DNA from: Kiritimatiellia bacterium
GTDB taxonomy: Bacteria > Verrucomicrobiota > Kiritimatiellia > UBA8416 > JADHWI01
Reading direction: 5' to 3'
NCBI GenBank assembly: GCA_030744755.1
Contig: JASLPY010000020.1
Location: 5,209-69,208 of the forward strand
Length of the DNA stretch: 64,000 nt
A program made the translations under genes and the position numbers. Numbering within the stretch: the stretch's first letter is position 1; the number at the start of each line of letters is the position of its first letter. The notes under the pieces are model-generated. The model was not told the origin of the DNA and did not search any database. It saw only the letters and a list, made by a program, of their open reading frames with translations. Positions 47,546 to 56,683 of this stretch are shown here, one piece after another.

Positions 47546-47830
47546 CTAGTCAATCTATGTGTCGTAATAACTCCTTACGAGTGTCGCAAGAACTCTCTTG
47601 GCGCAGGTGTTGGGGAAGGCTATTATGTCGCGATTCGAGAACTCAGGTCCAACCAGTGAGACGCAGGCCCTGGCGCCGGTGGTTTTCGACAAGCGATTCA
47701 TCGGGAAGGTCCTGCCGATCATCGGAGAGATGATCGCAAACAATGAGCGCGCGGTGGCCCTGTCTCAGTATGCGCATGCCGGGCCGCACTGTAGATGGTC
47801 TGGTCTTGAAACAGAAGAAAGGTCTGTGAC

Positions 47831-48988
47831 ATGAAAACTCAACAGTGGAAGTGGGCGACGCTGTGTTGTCTCGTCCTTTTTGCGACCTGTTCCGTTCGTG
47901 CTGAGAATCCATCTTCCAGTTCCGATGAGATCAAGGACATCAAGGCCTACTGCCTCGATTTCAACTGGGGCGGACGCAGGCGGTTTGCCGCGCCGGGCTC
48001 CTGGCGCAATTCCGAGCCGGCGGCACACGTGGCCTGGTACAAGGCGATGGGGGTGAACGTTATCCAGACATTCGCCGTCTCCTGTAACGGTTATGCCTGG
48101 TACAAGAACGGCTTTGTTCCGGAACAACCCGAACTCAAACACGATTTTCTGCCCGAGGTAGTGAAGTTGGGCCACAAGGAAGGAATGCTGGTCATTGGCT
48201 ATTTCTGTGCTTCGGCCAATCCGAAGTGGGCGAAGGACCATCCCGAACTGAGCTATGGCGCGCCGGCCACGTATCACATACCTTACACCGATGAGTACCT
48301 GGCTTACTTTTCCTCCTCAATAGGGGACGCCGTCAGGAAGACAGGTATTGACGGGATTATGATCGACTGGCTGTGGCAGCCAAGGCGCCAGTCAACAAAA
48401 GAAAAATGGCTGGATTGTGAGAAGAAACTCTACAAGCAGCTCACGGGCGAGGATTTCCCGGGCGAAGACAAGCTGACCAAGGCGCAGGATAATGCCTACA
48501 GCCGCAAGGCCCTTGACCGGTGCTGGAAGGCGATCCGCAAGGCCGCGAAGGCCGCCAACCCGAAATGCATTATCTGGATAACAAGCAACCATATGAATCA
48601 TCCGCATGTCATCAATTCCGACATGTACAAAGAAACCGACTGGCTGATGAACGAATCCGGTGACATGAAGCGTATCAACATCGTAAAAGGGATGGTCGGC
48701 AAGCACACACGCCTGATCACCTGCCTGGCCCGATGGAACGGGCAGGACGCTACAAAAGTCGTCCCTGAAGCCCTCAAGGCAGGTGTTGGACTCTACGGTT
48801 TCACCAAGCCGCGTCAGCAGGAGAGCGGGCTGGTGCCGCTCGAAGAAATCCTGCCGCGGCCGGTAAAGGAATTGAAGGGCGACGACCGCAATATCGCCGT
48901 GCTCGCTCGCGCCTATCACGGGGCAGCGATCGACAGTGCCTGGAACGAGAAGGGCGAGTTTGTAGAGAACGGGGAAAGTGAAGAATAA
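47831..48988 (+). CDS. Secreted TIM-barrel glycoside hydrolase-like protein (GH29/GHL6-like)
   Basis: Signal peptide; GVNVIQTFAVSCNGYAWY, DFLPEVVKLGHKEGM.VIGYF, IDGIMIDW. Confidence 0.6.
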   Translation: MKTQQWKWATLCCLVLFATCSVRAENPSSSSDEIKDIKAYCLDFNWGGRRRFAAPGSWRNSEPAAHVAWYKAMGVNVIQTFAVSCNGYAWYKNGFVPEQPELKHDFLPEVVKLGHKEGMLVIGYFCASANPKWAKDHPELSYGAPATYHIPYTDEYLAYFSSSIGDAVRKTGIDGIMIDWLWQPRRQSTKEKWLDCEKKLYKQLTGEDFPGEDKLTKAQDNAYSRKALDRCWKAIRKAAKAANPKCIIWITSNHMNHPHVINSDMYKETDWLMNESGDMKRINIVKGMVGKHTRLITCLARWNGQDATKVVPEALKAGVGLYGFTKPRQQESGLVPLEEILPRPVKELKGDDRNIAVLARAYHGAAIDSAWNEKGEFVENGESEE

Positions 48989-49093
48989 TGAGGATGACAA
49001 GAATCCCCGCAAGCTGATCAGCTTTGAGGAGGCAAAACAGGCGGGATTGAAAAAGAAATGAATAGAAACAACACAACAAACAGGAGGAAGAAC

Positions 49094-50143
49094 ATGAACA
49101 TCAGACGAACCAGAACAGTATCAACCATTGTTGCCCTGGCACTGACGGGACTTGTCCTCAACGCCGCGGCTGAGCAGCTGCCGGACCCGGATGGCAAACC
49201 GGCGGACATGTCCAAGCCTGTGCAGGTGTACATCCTGCTGGGTCAGTCCAACATGCTGAACTTCGGCAAGAAGGCCAAGCTTGAGACCGTGATAAAGGAA
49301 AAGGGCAAGTATCCCTACCTGGTAGATGATGCCGGCAACTGGACAGTCCGGAAGGACGTCCGCCATGTGCGTGTAATGGGCAGCGGCGGCCCCGGCAAAA
49401 GTAGAGTGTTCAACAACGAGTGGATGACGATCAGCGGCAACGTGGGTGTGGAAATTGGCATCGGTCACTATATAGGTACTGCTGTCGATGCACCGGTGTT
49501 GATTCTCAAGAGCGCTATCGGCAACCGCAGCCTCGGCTGGGACCTGCTTCCGCCCGGAAGTGAAAGCTATGAATTCGAAGAAAAGGGCAAGACCTGGGTC
49601 TACGCCGGTTTTGGGGACTCCCCGTCACACTGGGAAAAGGGGACGGAGGCGAAGAAAATCGGTTGGACGGCCGGCATTCAATACGCAGGTGATATTGCTC
49701 GCGCGAAAGACGTGCTGAAAGACCTCGGTAAGTATTATCCAGGCGCAACCAAGTACGAAGTCGCGGGCTTCTGTTACTGGCAGGGCGATAAGGACCGCTA
49801 CAACGCCGGGCACGCTACCCGTTACGAGAAGAACCTCGTTCAGTTGATCAAGCAACTGCGGAAGGATTTCGACGCGCCTGACGCAAAGTTTGTATGCGCA
49901 ACACTCGGGCAGACCGAGAAAGGTGCCACGGGTAACGAAGGGCATATCCTGAACGCCCAGCTTGCGGTCGACGGCAAGACCGGCAAATACCCCGAATTCA
50001 AGGGCAACGTCGCCAGCGTGTACAGCAAGCCCTTCTGTCATGGGGGCAGCTCTAACGGCCACTACGGCGGCAATCCCGAGACCTACATGGATATTGGCGA
50101 AGCCATGGGCAAGGCCATGGCGGAGCTGCTTGGGAGGAATTAG
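49094..50143 (+). CDS. Sialate O-acetylesterase (SASA/CE6-like)
   Basis: SD AGGAGG; signal peptide; VYILLGQSNM, PVLILKSAIGNRSL, YWQGDKD, NGHY. Confidence 0.85.
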   Translation: MNIRRTRTVSTIVALALTGLVLNAAAEQLPDPDGKPADMSKPVQVYILLGQSNMLNFGKKAKLETVIKEKGKYPYLVDDAGNWTVRKDVRHVRVMGSGGPGKSRVFNNEWMTISGNVGVEIGIGHYIGTAVDAPVLILKSAIGNRSLGWDLLPPGSESYEFEEKGKTWVYAGFGDSPSHWEKGTEAKKIGWTAGIQYAGDIARAKDVLKDLGKYYPGATKYEVAGFCYWQGDKDRYNAGHATRYEKNLVQLIKQLRKDFDAPDAKFVCATLGQTEKGATGNEGHILNAQLAVDGKTGKYPEFKGNVASVYSKPFCHGGSSNGHYGGNPETYMDIGEAMGKAMAELLGRN

Positions 50144-50146
50144 CTG

Positions 50147-50171
50147 GTAGGGCCGACCCGCCGGGTCGGCC
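50147..50171 (+). repeat. GTAG-REP-like hairpin (may also act as a terminator or pause)
   Basis: GTAG-GGCCGACCC-GCC-GGGTCGGCC directly after the stop codon. Confidence 0.55.
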
Positions 50172-50249
50172 GTGGCGCCATGTGAATGGCGCCCTCTATG
50201 TAGGAAACAGGGCAAAACAGGTTTCATAAGTATCGAAAAAAAGAAAAGC

Positions 50250-50309
50250 ATCCATCTCGTAGCGATGGACTCACTGAGAGCAAAGCAGGTCCATCTCTAC
50301 GAGTTGGAC
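50250..50309. repeat. REP doublet, same family as 37451-37509
   Basis: TCCATCTCGTAGCGATGGAC ... GTCCATCTCTACGAGTTGGAC. Confidence 0.65.
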
Positions 50310-50324
50310 TACAAGGAGAACAGC

Positions 50325-53246
50325 ATGAACAGAAGACTAATGAGAATAGCATCGTTCTTGGCGCTTATCTCAGTTCTATTGCTTGCACCATCGTTTCTAC
50401 GCGTGGTAGCGGAGGAACCTGCGGACCCACCCAAACCCGCTATTCAACTCGGCGCACCGTTCTGCGACAACGCGGTCCTGCAGCGGGAGACGAATGTGCC
50501 GGTCTGGGGCTGGAGCAAACCGGGCACGAAGATCACCGTCGAGTTCGGAGGGCAAAAGAAGAAAGCCACAGCTGGGAAAGACGGGAAGTGGATGCTGGAA
50601 CTCGATAAGCTCAAGGCGAGTTTCGAGCCCGCGGAGATGATCATCGCGGACAGCACCGGCAAGAAGGTTGTCCTGAAAAACATCCTCGTTGGCGAGGTAT
50701 GGATGGCTTCCGGCCAGTCCAACATGCAGTGGAAGGTCACGAAGAGCAGCTGCAACAAACTGAAAGTCGAACCTGTTGGGGCGGGCAAGGTTGCCCCGAT
50801 TCGCGAATTCGAGGTCACCAGCGTCTTTGCAATGCTGCACCCGATTGAGAAAGCCACGGGCGCGTGGAAGAATGGCAGCTACACCGACTACAGCGCGATT
50901 GCTTTTGCTTTTGCTCACAGGCTCTACGAGGAGTTGAAGGTGCCGATCGGCATTCTGAACTGCTCGTTCAGCCAGACGGCCATCCAGGCCTGGGTCCCGC
51001 GCGTTGGTTTCCGGGACGGTGAAGACGAGTACACGAAGGCCATCTATCAAAAAGTACTGCAGACCGATCCGACGACACCCGAGCACAAGACTGCATGGGA
51101 CGCGTTCTACAAGTCGCTGGAAGACCAGATCGTCGAAAACGATGCACTTATCAAGAAGGGCGAGAATCCAAAAGAGATCTCAGCCAAGACTCCGGGGAAC
51201 ATGTCCGGCAACCGAGATGCCACCTGGCTCTTCCATGGCCGACTCAATTCGGTCATCCCATATGCCATCCGAGGCGGCATCTGGAACCAGGGCTATGCCA
51301 ACATGGGTGAAGGACTGCCCTACTACAACAACCTGCACAGTATGATTCGTGGTTGGCGCCTCGTGTGGGACAAGCCCGAACTGCCGGTCTACTTCCATCA
51401 GTTCTACAGCGCCGCGATGCGGCATGCAGGTAAAGAGGTCAACACGCCCAGTATCGGTGCCACCGCCGAGATGCGTCTCGGAACCTGGATGGCCCGTGAC
51501 ATTCCCAACTCCGGTATGGCCAGCCAGATCGATGTCAGCGGCGGCATCCACTACTCCAGCAAGGCTGTGCCAGGGCAGCGCCTTGCCCTGCATGCATTGA
51601 AGAATCAATATGGCAGAAAGCTCGTCGCCGACGGGCCCATGTTTAAGTCGTACAAGGTCAAAGGCAACAAGCTGATTATCGATTTCGAGCATGCCAAAGG
51701 CGGTCTCGTCGTTGCCGAGACCGGGTACAATGCTATCGCCAGGAAAGAGGATTCGACCGGCTTCGCCGATCCGAAGATCATCGAGAAGGGCGATGACCAG
51801 GTGAAACTCTTCTACCTGGCAGGTGAAGACCGTGTCTGGCATCCGGCCGGCATGAAGATCGATGGCGACAAGGTCGTTGTTACGTCCCCTGAGGTCAAGA
51901 AGCCGCGCGGCGTTTCCTATGCCACCGCCGGGGTAGGATTCCAACCCAACCTCTACAACAAGGCGTTGCTGCCGATGACCCCGTTTATCTATTTTGACCA
52001 CAAGATGGTGACCAGCGAAACCTGGCCGGATGAGAAGCTGAAGATAGCAGGTGAGGTGATCGATCCAGGCACGGTAGGCAAGGTCTATGAATGGCGAAAA
52101 ATGCCGATTCTGAGCGTTCAGTTCCGTGACAATGCGGTCTTTCAAGCCGACAAGCCCGTGACGATTTGGGGTTCCACACAGCAGTACGGTGAATGGGGTG
52201 GCGCGGCAGAGGGCGAGGCGGAGATATCCTTCAGCTTCGCAGGAATAGAAAAAACCATTCCGGTTACGCCCGGGGTGGATGGGTGGAAGGTCGAAGTACC
52301 TGCCATGAAGGCAAGTGCTGATCCCAAGACAATGAAGGTGTCCTTTACGATTGATGGCGAGCTTGCACATGAGCGCGTTGCTACCAACATCGTATACGGC
52401 GATGTGTGGTACGTAGGCGCACCGGCGGGGAAATTCACCGTTCCCAAGGTAGAATCGTCCGGTCAGATCGTGCGCGTGATTGAGAACCAGTCGAAGCGAT
52501 CCGGCAACAGAAGCCCAAGTCGCTACAGCGTCTGTGTATCGCGGACGCCCAAGAATCGTTTTGCTTCTTACTGGAAAGACGCATCCGGTTTGGCCGGGGC
52601 CATTGGACACAGTATTGCAGCCAAGACAGAGAGACCTGTTGGGGTTATATTCATGCAGAGTAAGGCGTCCAAGGATGTTGCGAATCCTGCGCTGAAGACC
52701 TGGATCGCTCCTGCTTTCCTGGACCAGGCGCCGAGCCTGAAGGAGGATTACAAGACGATTGGATCTCTATATCCGGGGAACCCTTACTACAACGCCAATA
52801 TCAGGAACTACATTGCCGACTGGAAGACGTACTGGGGCGAATATATTCCTGCGATGATCGCAACGAAGGCCGTGCCGGATGGTGTAACGTGGGGTACATA
52901 CCCTTCACTCACCGCCACTGCCGGAGATTCCAAGGCGACACATACCTACAATGTATATGTGCGTCCGTTTACGCCGGCAGCACTGAGTGGTGTTGTTTTC
53001 CTCTCAAGTGAGGCGATGGTGGCAGCGGACAAGGGCGCCAGCTTCGGCCCTGAAATGGCTGCGCTGGGCAATTGCCTGAAGGCTAAGTTCGGCTGTAGCG
53101 ACGATACTCCCTTTATCTACACTATACCGGACAAGGCGCTTGCGCCGAAGGTCACGAAACCCGGGAAGATCCGGGGCAAGAGTGCCGGTGTAGAGATTAC
53201 CGACTGGTCCGAGATCACGAAGGTGATCGAGGCAGCGGTGAAGTAA
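50325..53246 (+). CDS. Large sialate O-acetylesterase with a duplicated, degenerate second module
   Basis: SD AAGGAG; APFCDNAVLQR..VPVWG, VGEVWMASGQSNM, GGIWNQG, GIHY; second module FRDNAVFQADKPVTIWG...GDVWYV lacks GQSN. Confidence 0.85.
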   Translation: MNRRLMRIASFLALISVLLLAPSFLRVVAEEPADPPKPAIQLGAPFCDNAVLQRETNVPVWGWSKPGTKITVEFGGQKKKATAGKDGKWMLELDKLKASFEPAEMIIADSTGKKVVLKNILVGEVWMASGQSNMQWKVTKSSCNKLKVEPVGAGKVAPIREFEVTSVFAMLHPIEKATGAWKNGSYTDYSAIAFAFAHRLYEELKVPIGILNCSFSQTAIQAWVPRVGFRDGEDEYTKAIYQKVLQTDPTTPEHKTAWDAFYKSLEDQIVENDALIKKGENPKEISAKTPGNMSGNRDATWLFHGRLNSVIPYAIRGGIWNQGYANMGEGLPYYNNLHSMIRGWRLVWDKPELPVYFHQFYSAAMRHAGKEVNTPSIGATAEMRLGTWMARDIPNSGMASQIDVSGGIHYSSKAVPGQRLALHALKNQYGRKLVADGPMFKSYKVKGNKLIIDFEHAKGGLVVAETGYNAIARKEDSTGFADPKIIEKGDDQVKLFYLAGEDRVWHPAGMKIDGDKVVVTSPEVKKPRGVSYATAGVGFQPNLYNKALLPMTPFIYFDHKMVTSETWPDEKLKIAGEVIDPGTVGKVYEWRKMPILSVQFRDNAVFQADKPVTIWGSTQQYGEWGGAAEGEAEISFSFAGIEKTIPVTPGVDGWKVEVPAMKASADPKTMKVSFTIDGELAHERVATNIVYGDVWYVGAPAGKFTVPKVESSGQIVRVIENQSKRSGNRSPSRYSVCVSRTPKNRFASYWKDASGLAGAIGHSIAAKTERPVGVIFMQSKASKDVANPALKTWIAPAFLDQAPSLKEDYKTIGSLYPGNPYYNANIRNYIADWKTYWGEYIPAMIATKAVPDGVTWGTYPSLTATAGDSKATHTYNVYVRPFTPAALSGVVFLSSEAMVAADKGASFGPEMAALGNCLKAKFGCSDDTPFIYTIPDKALAPKVTKPGKIRGKSAGVEITDWSEITKVIEAAVK

Positions 53247-53255
53247 AGGGGTGAC

Positions 53256-54023
53256 ATGAAAAAGATAGTAGTCTCATTGATCCTGTTGGCAGGAGCGGGC
53301 GTGTCTTTTGCGGCGGTGCCCCCTGCGTCGAACACAAACATCACGCTTCGGGCGCAGTGTCCCGCACCATTCAATGACAATGCTGTGCTTCAGAGGGGTA
53401 TGCCTAAGGGCGCGTTCATCACAAAGGAGTTTTTCGAAGAGTTTCGCGGCCGAGACGTCACCATTGCGGTCAAGACTTTCATCCGCTACAACGCCAAGTA
53501 CAAGACCAAGCCGACTTCCCGTATTCCCCAGGGCAAGATCAGCCTGCATTTCGAGGAGATGAAGCTGCCGCCGGTGGGTGATGATCTGGTATTAAAATCG
53601 GCAACGGTGATTCCCTTCCTTACATCCGCGTGGCAGGAGAAGCAGGCATCGAAGGACGAGGACACGCAAGGGGATGATGGAAAACTCCGTTACGACGGGA
53701 AACACGTCATCAATCCGGAGATTGTTGGCGGCTGGAAAGTTGTCGACCAGGTTAAGACTATCGACGAGTTCACGGCCGGGAAGAAAATGAATCCCGGCCG
53801 CCCCGCGTTCACTGCGCTCACATTCACTGACAAGGGTCGCACCGACCAGGCGTACCGGATCTGGTCCGGTGAATACTTAATGGATCTCGACCGCTACCAG
53901 GCTCTAAGAATGACGCTGCAGCGGGTGTGTGACGACGATTACCTCTTCGTCGAAGCCGGCGGTTTCAGCGAGCGGAACAAAGAGGATTGGAAATCGCCGT
54001 TGTTGGTGATGAAGAGAAAGTAA
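53256..54023 (+). CDS. Secreted hypothetical protein, probable deletion chimera (SASA N-terminus fused to the tail of another protein)
   Basis: APFNDNAVLQRGMP matches the N-terminus of 50325; the following GMPKGAFI...EEMKLPP aligns with the C-terminus of 54136..56535. Confidence 0.6.
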   Translation: MKKIVVSLILLAGAGVSFAAVPPASNTNITLRAQCPAPFNDNAVLQRGMPKGAFITKEFFEEFRGRDVTIAVKTFIRYNAKYKTKPTSRIPQGKISLHFEEMKLPPVGDDLVLKSATVIPFLTSAWQEKQASKDEDTQGDDGKLRYDGKHVINPEIVGGWKVVDQVKTIDEFTAGKKMNPGRPAFTALTFTDKGRTDQAYRIWSGEYLMDLDRYQALRMTLQRVCDDDYLFVEAGGFSERNKEDWKSPLLVMKRK

Positions 54024-54135
54024 AGGAGAGGGAGGATTAGGTAGAAAGATGAAACAGATAGATCAAGAGGCAGAGATCTTGATACTTAATCCATCTACTT
54101 GATCCACCCGATTCAACAGCAGGAGAAAGAAAAAG

Positions 54136-56535
54136 ATGAACAACAGACGATCGATGACCGTATTGACCCTCTCCGCTGCGGCGATGATGGGGCTCACCCT
54201 CCATTCCCCTGCTAAGACCATCCCCGCACAATTGCCTGATCCGGACGGCAAGCCGGGGGATGCCACCAAGCCGGTCAAGGTCTACATCCTCGCGGGGCAG
54301 TCTAACATGTGTCCTATGGGGCAGGTTAGCGGGGCCCGGTCTCCGTATGACAGTATCTACCTTACGGCCGACCCTGATGCGCCGTTGGGATCCTTTGTTG
54401 TCTACAGGGGAGGCAATTACAGGATCGATTCCCTCGGCATCTATGTGTCGGCGGACCCGAAGGCCCCAGAAGGTGCGAGCGTTTCAGTTTACAAGGGCGC
54501 CTACGATGCAGCGGTGGATTACGACAAGGCCAAGCCGGTTAAGACGGAAACGATAGCGTTGGGCGTTACAAAGGGCTCCCTGCCTGTTTCAGCAGTGCAG
54601 ACCTGTGTCGCCAGGGCGTTCATCGAGGTGCCCGATTCCGGCAACTACATAGTCGGTCCGGGTTACGGGGACAGTTCATACAATATGACGGAACTCGATG
54701 GCAAGGAAGTGTACAGGAAGAACATCGGTGAAGCTGTCGTACAACAGAAGGTCACTCTTGAGAAGGGGAAACGCTATCCCATCAAGATCACCTACTACAA
54801 AGGTGGGTCGACTGCGTTCTGGATGAGCCAGAAAGATCTTCTCGGTAAAGGCGACCTGGAAATCGTTACGAAGCGCGACAAGAAGTTTCCGTGGCTAATC
54901 AATGACAAGGGTGAGTGGACGGTGCGCAACGACGTCTACTTCTACGAGGCCCGAATCAACTTCACCGGAAGCCCCCTCAACCCGACCTCTAACGGAAACA
55001 CAATCGGTCCGGAGCTGGGTTTCGGGTATGTCATGGGCACCCATCACGACGAACAGGTTCTGCTCATCAAGACTGCTATAGGTAACCGGGCGCTGAAGTT
55101 TGATTTTCGCCCGCCATCGAGTGGCCGAACGGATCCCGACAGCGAATGGGAGAGTCTGGAATACCGCCTTATGATTGAAGGCGTGAACAAGACCCTGAAC
55201 AACATCAAGGATATCGTCCCCGGCTACAAGGGGCAGGGCTATGAAATCGTAGGCTTTGTCTGGTGGCAGGGCCACAAGGATGCCGGTTCGACGCAGGCCG
55301 AATACGAGGGACATCTGGTTAACCTGATCAAGGATCTCCGCAAGGATCTCAAGGCCCCCGAGATGCGTGCGGCTGTGGCTACCGTTGGTTTTGGTGGACA
55401 CAACATAAGCGATGAGTACATGGAGATTCTGAAAGCCCAGCTGGCTGTCGGTGATCCGAAGAAACATCCGGAATTCGCCGGGAAGGTTGCTTCCGTAGAT
55501 ACCCGCGATTTCTGGAGAGAAGCCCATGAGTCTCCCACGGGCGTGGGCTATCACTACAACAAGAACGCCGAGACCTACATGCTGGTGGGCGATGCCCTCG
55601 GACGGGCGATGGCTGAGTTGCTCGGCGCAGAAGCGGAAGCGCTTCCGCAATCTCCCAGGCCTCAACCCGCTGCCCAACCGGCAAGTCCCGAACCGGATCA
55701 GGAGGACGAGGCCAAGACGCAAGCGGCCCTGAAGCCGGTCATTCTTGACGGCATGATGCGGGAATACATCAGCAACCCCAGGTACCAGGCGGCCTTGTTG
55801 AGTGAAGCAAGCGGGGAAAAGCCCAAGCGTTTCTCACAGTTCCTGCGGGGTTCCATGTACGGATTGAACAACTACTATAACGCTGCCGGTGTGAACGACC
55901 ATGACTGGCACACTTTCGGGCCTGAAATGAAGAACGGGACCTGGGACTACTTCAGCTTCGACCCACCTGAGACAAAGGACAAGGAGAAGGGCGGTCGCTA
56001 CCGCAAAGTGACCTTGCCGACAGGTATGGATAACTGGTTTGCCGCAGATTTTGATGCCAAGAAAGCCGGATGGAAGAAAGGCGTCGCTCCCTTCGGTCAG
56101 AAGGGTGGCGAACTGATTCCGCTGGGTACCTGCCAGGAAAATACCTGTCGTTGCGGCATCCCGCCGAAGACGCTCTGGGAGAAGGAAGTTATTCTGCTGC
56201 GCCAGACCTTCAAAATCCCTCCGCTCAAAGCCGGCCATCGCTATCGCATCGTGGTTGGCGGCAGCGCCCATGTGAATGGCGGCGACGGCTATGCCCTCTA
56301 TGTTGACGGCAAGCTGGTGGCTGAATCGAAAGCGGGTGTTGGCAAGCGCCAGGGGGGACAGCCCCGCGGCGGGCACATCTACTCCGACTTTCTCCCGGAG
56401 TTCCGGGACGGCAAGGTCACCATCGCGGCAAAGAGCTTCCTGCGTTACAACCACCCGCGCACCAAGCCCTATCCCCCCAGCGGCCATCTCAGCGTTTGGC
56501 TGGAAGAGCAGAAGATCCCGCCGCTGGGAGAGTAG
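54136..56535 (+). CDS. Sialate O-acetylesterase with a PA14-like insertion and a C-terminal beta-sandwich domain
   Basis: QLPDPDGKP..KPVKVYILAGQSNM, IGPELGFG, GFVWWQGHKD, GYHY; insertion contains LEKGKRYPIKITY. Confidence 0.82.
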   Translation: MNNRRSMTVLTLSAAAMMGLTLHSPAKTIPAQLPDPDGKPGDATKPVKVYILAGQSNMCPMGQVSGARSPYDSIYLTADPDAPLGSFVVYRGGNYRIDSLGIYVSADPKAPEGASVSVYKGAYDAAVDYDKAKPVKTETIALGVTKGSLPVSAVQTCVARAFIEVPDSGNYIVGPGYGDSSYNMTELDGKEVYRKNIGEAVVQQKVTLEKGKRYPIKITYYKGGSTAFWMSQKDLLGKGDLEIVTKRDKKFPWLINDKGEWTVRNDVYFYEARINFTGSPLNPTSNGNTIGPELGFGYVMGTHHDEQVLLIKTAIGNRALKFDFRPPSSGRTDPDSEWESLEYRLMIEGVNKTLNNIKDIVPGYKGQGYEIVGFVWWQGHKDAGSTQAEYEGHLVNLIKDLRKDLKAPEMRAAVATVGFGGHNISDEYMEILKAQLAVGDPKKHPEFAGKVASVDTRDFWREAHESPTGVGYHYNKNAETYMLVGDALGRAMAELLGAEAEALPQSPRPQPAAQPASPEPDQEDEAKTQAALKPVILDGMMREYISNPRYQAALLSEASGEKPKRFSQFLRGSMYGLNNYYNAAGVNDHDWHTFGPEMKNGTWDYFSFDPPETKDKEKGGRYRKVTLPTGMDNWFAADFDAKKAGWKKGVAPFGQKGGELIPLGTCQENTCRCGIPPKTLWEKEVILLRQTFKIPPLKAGHRYRIVVGGSAHVNGGDGYALYVDGKLVAESKAGVGKRQGGQPRGGHIYSDFLPEFRDGKVTIAAKSFLRYNHPRTKPYPPSGHLSVWLEEQKIPPLGE

Positions 56536-56683
56536 GGGACGGTGACTCGATGAGGTCCCCGTGACCTTGCGTCACGGGTGAATGAAGTTGGCACAAGATC
56601 GCCTGTCCTACAGTGGAAGGATCCAGGTTTTGCAGAGAACTCGGTTCGAGTTAGAAACAGGACGTTGCGAGTGAGAAGCCCCC

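Noticed and set aside
47386-47553. N-terminal ORF extensions (also 19672-19971, 50172-50324, 6656-6736, 27942-28016)
   Set aside because: They run through repeats or neighbouring genes; downstream ATGs give proper signal peptides and in some cases clear SD sites
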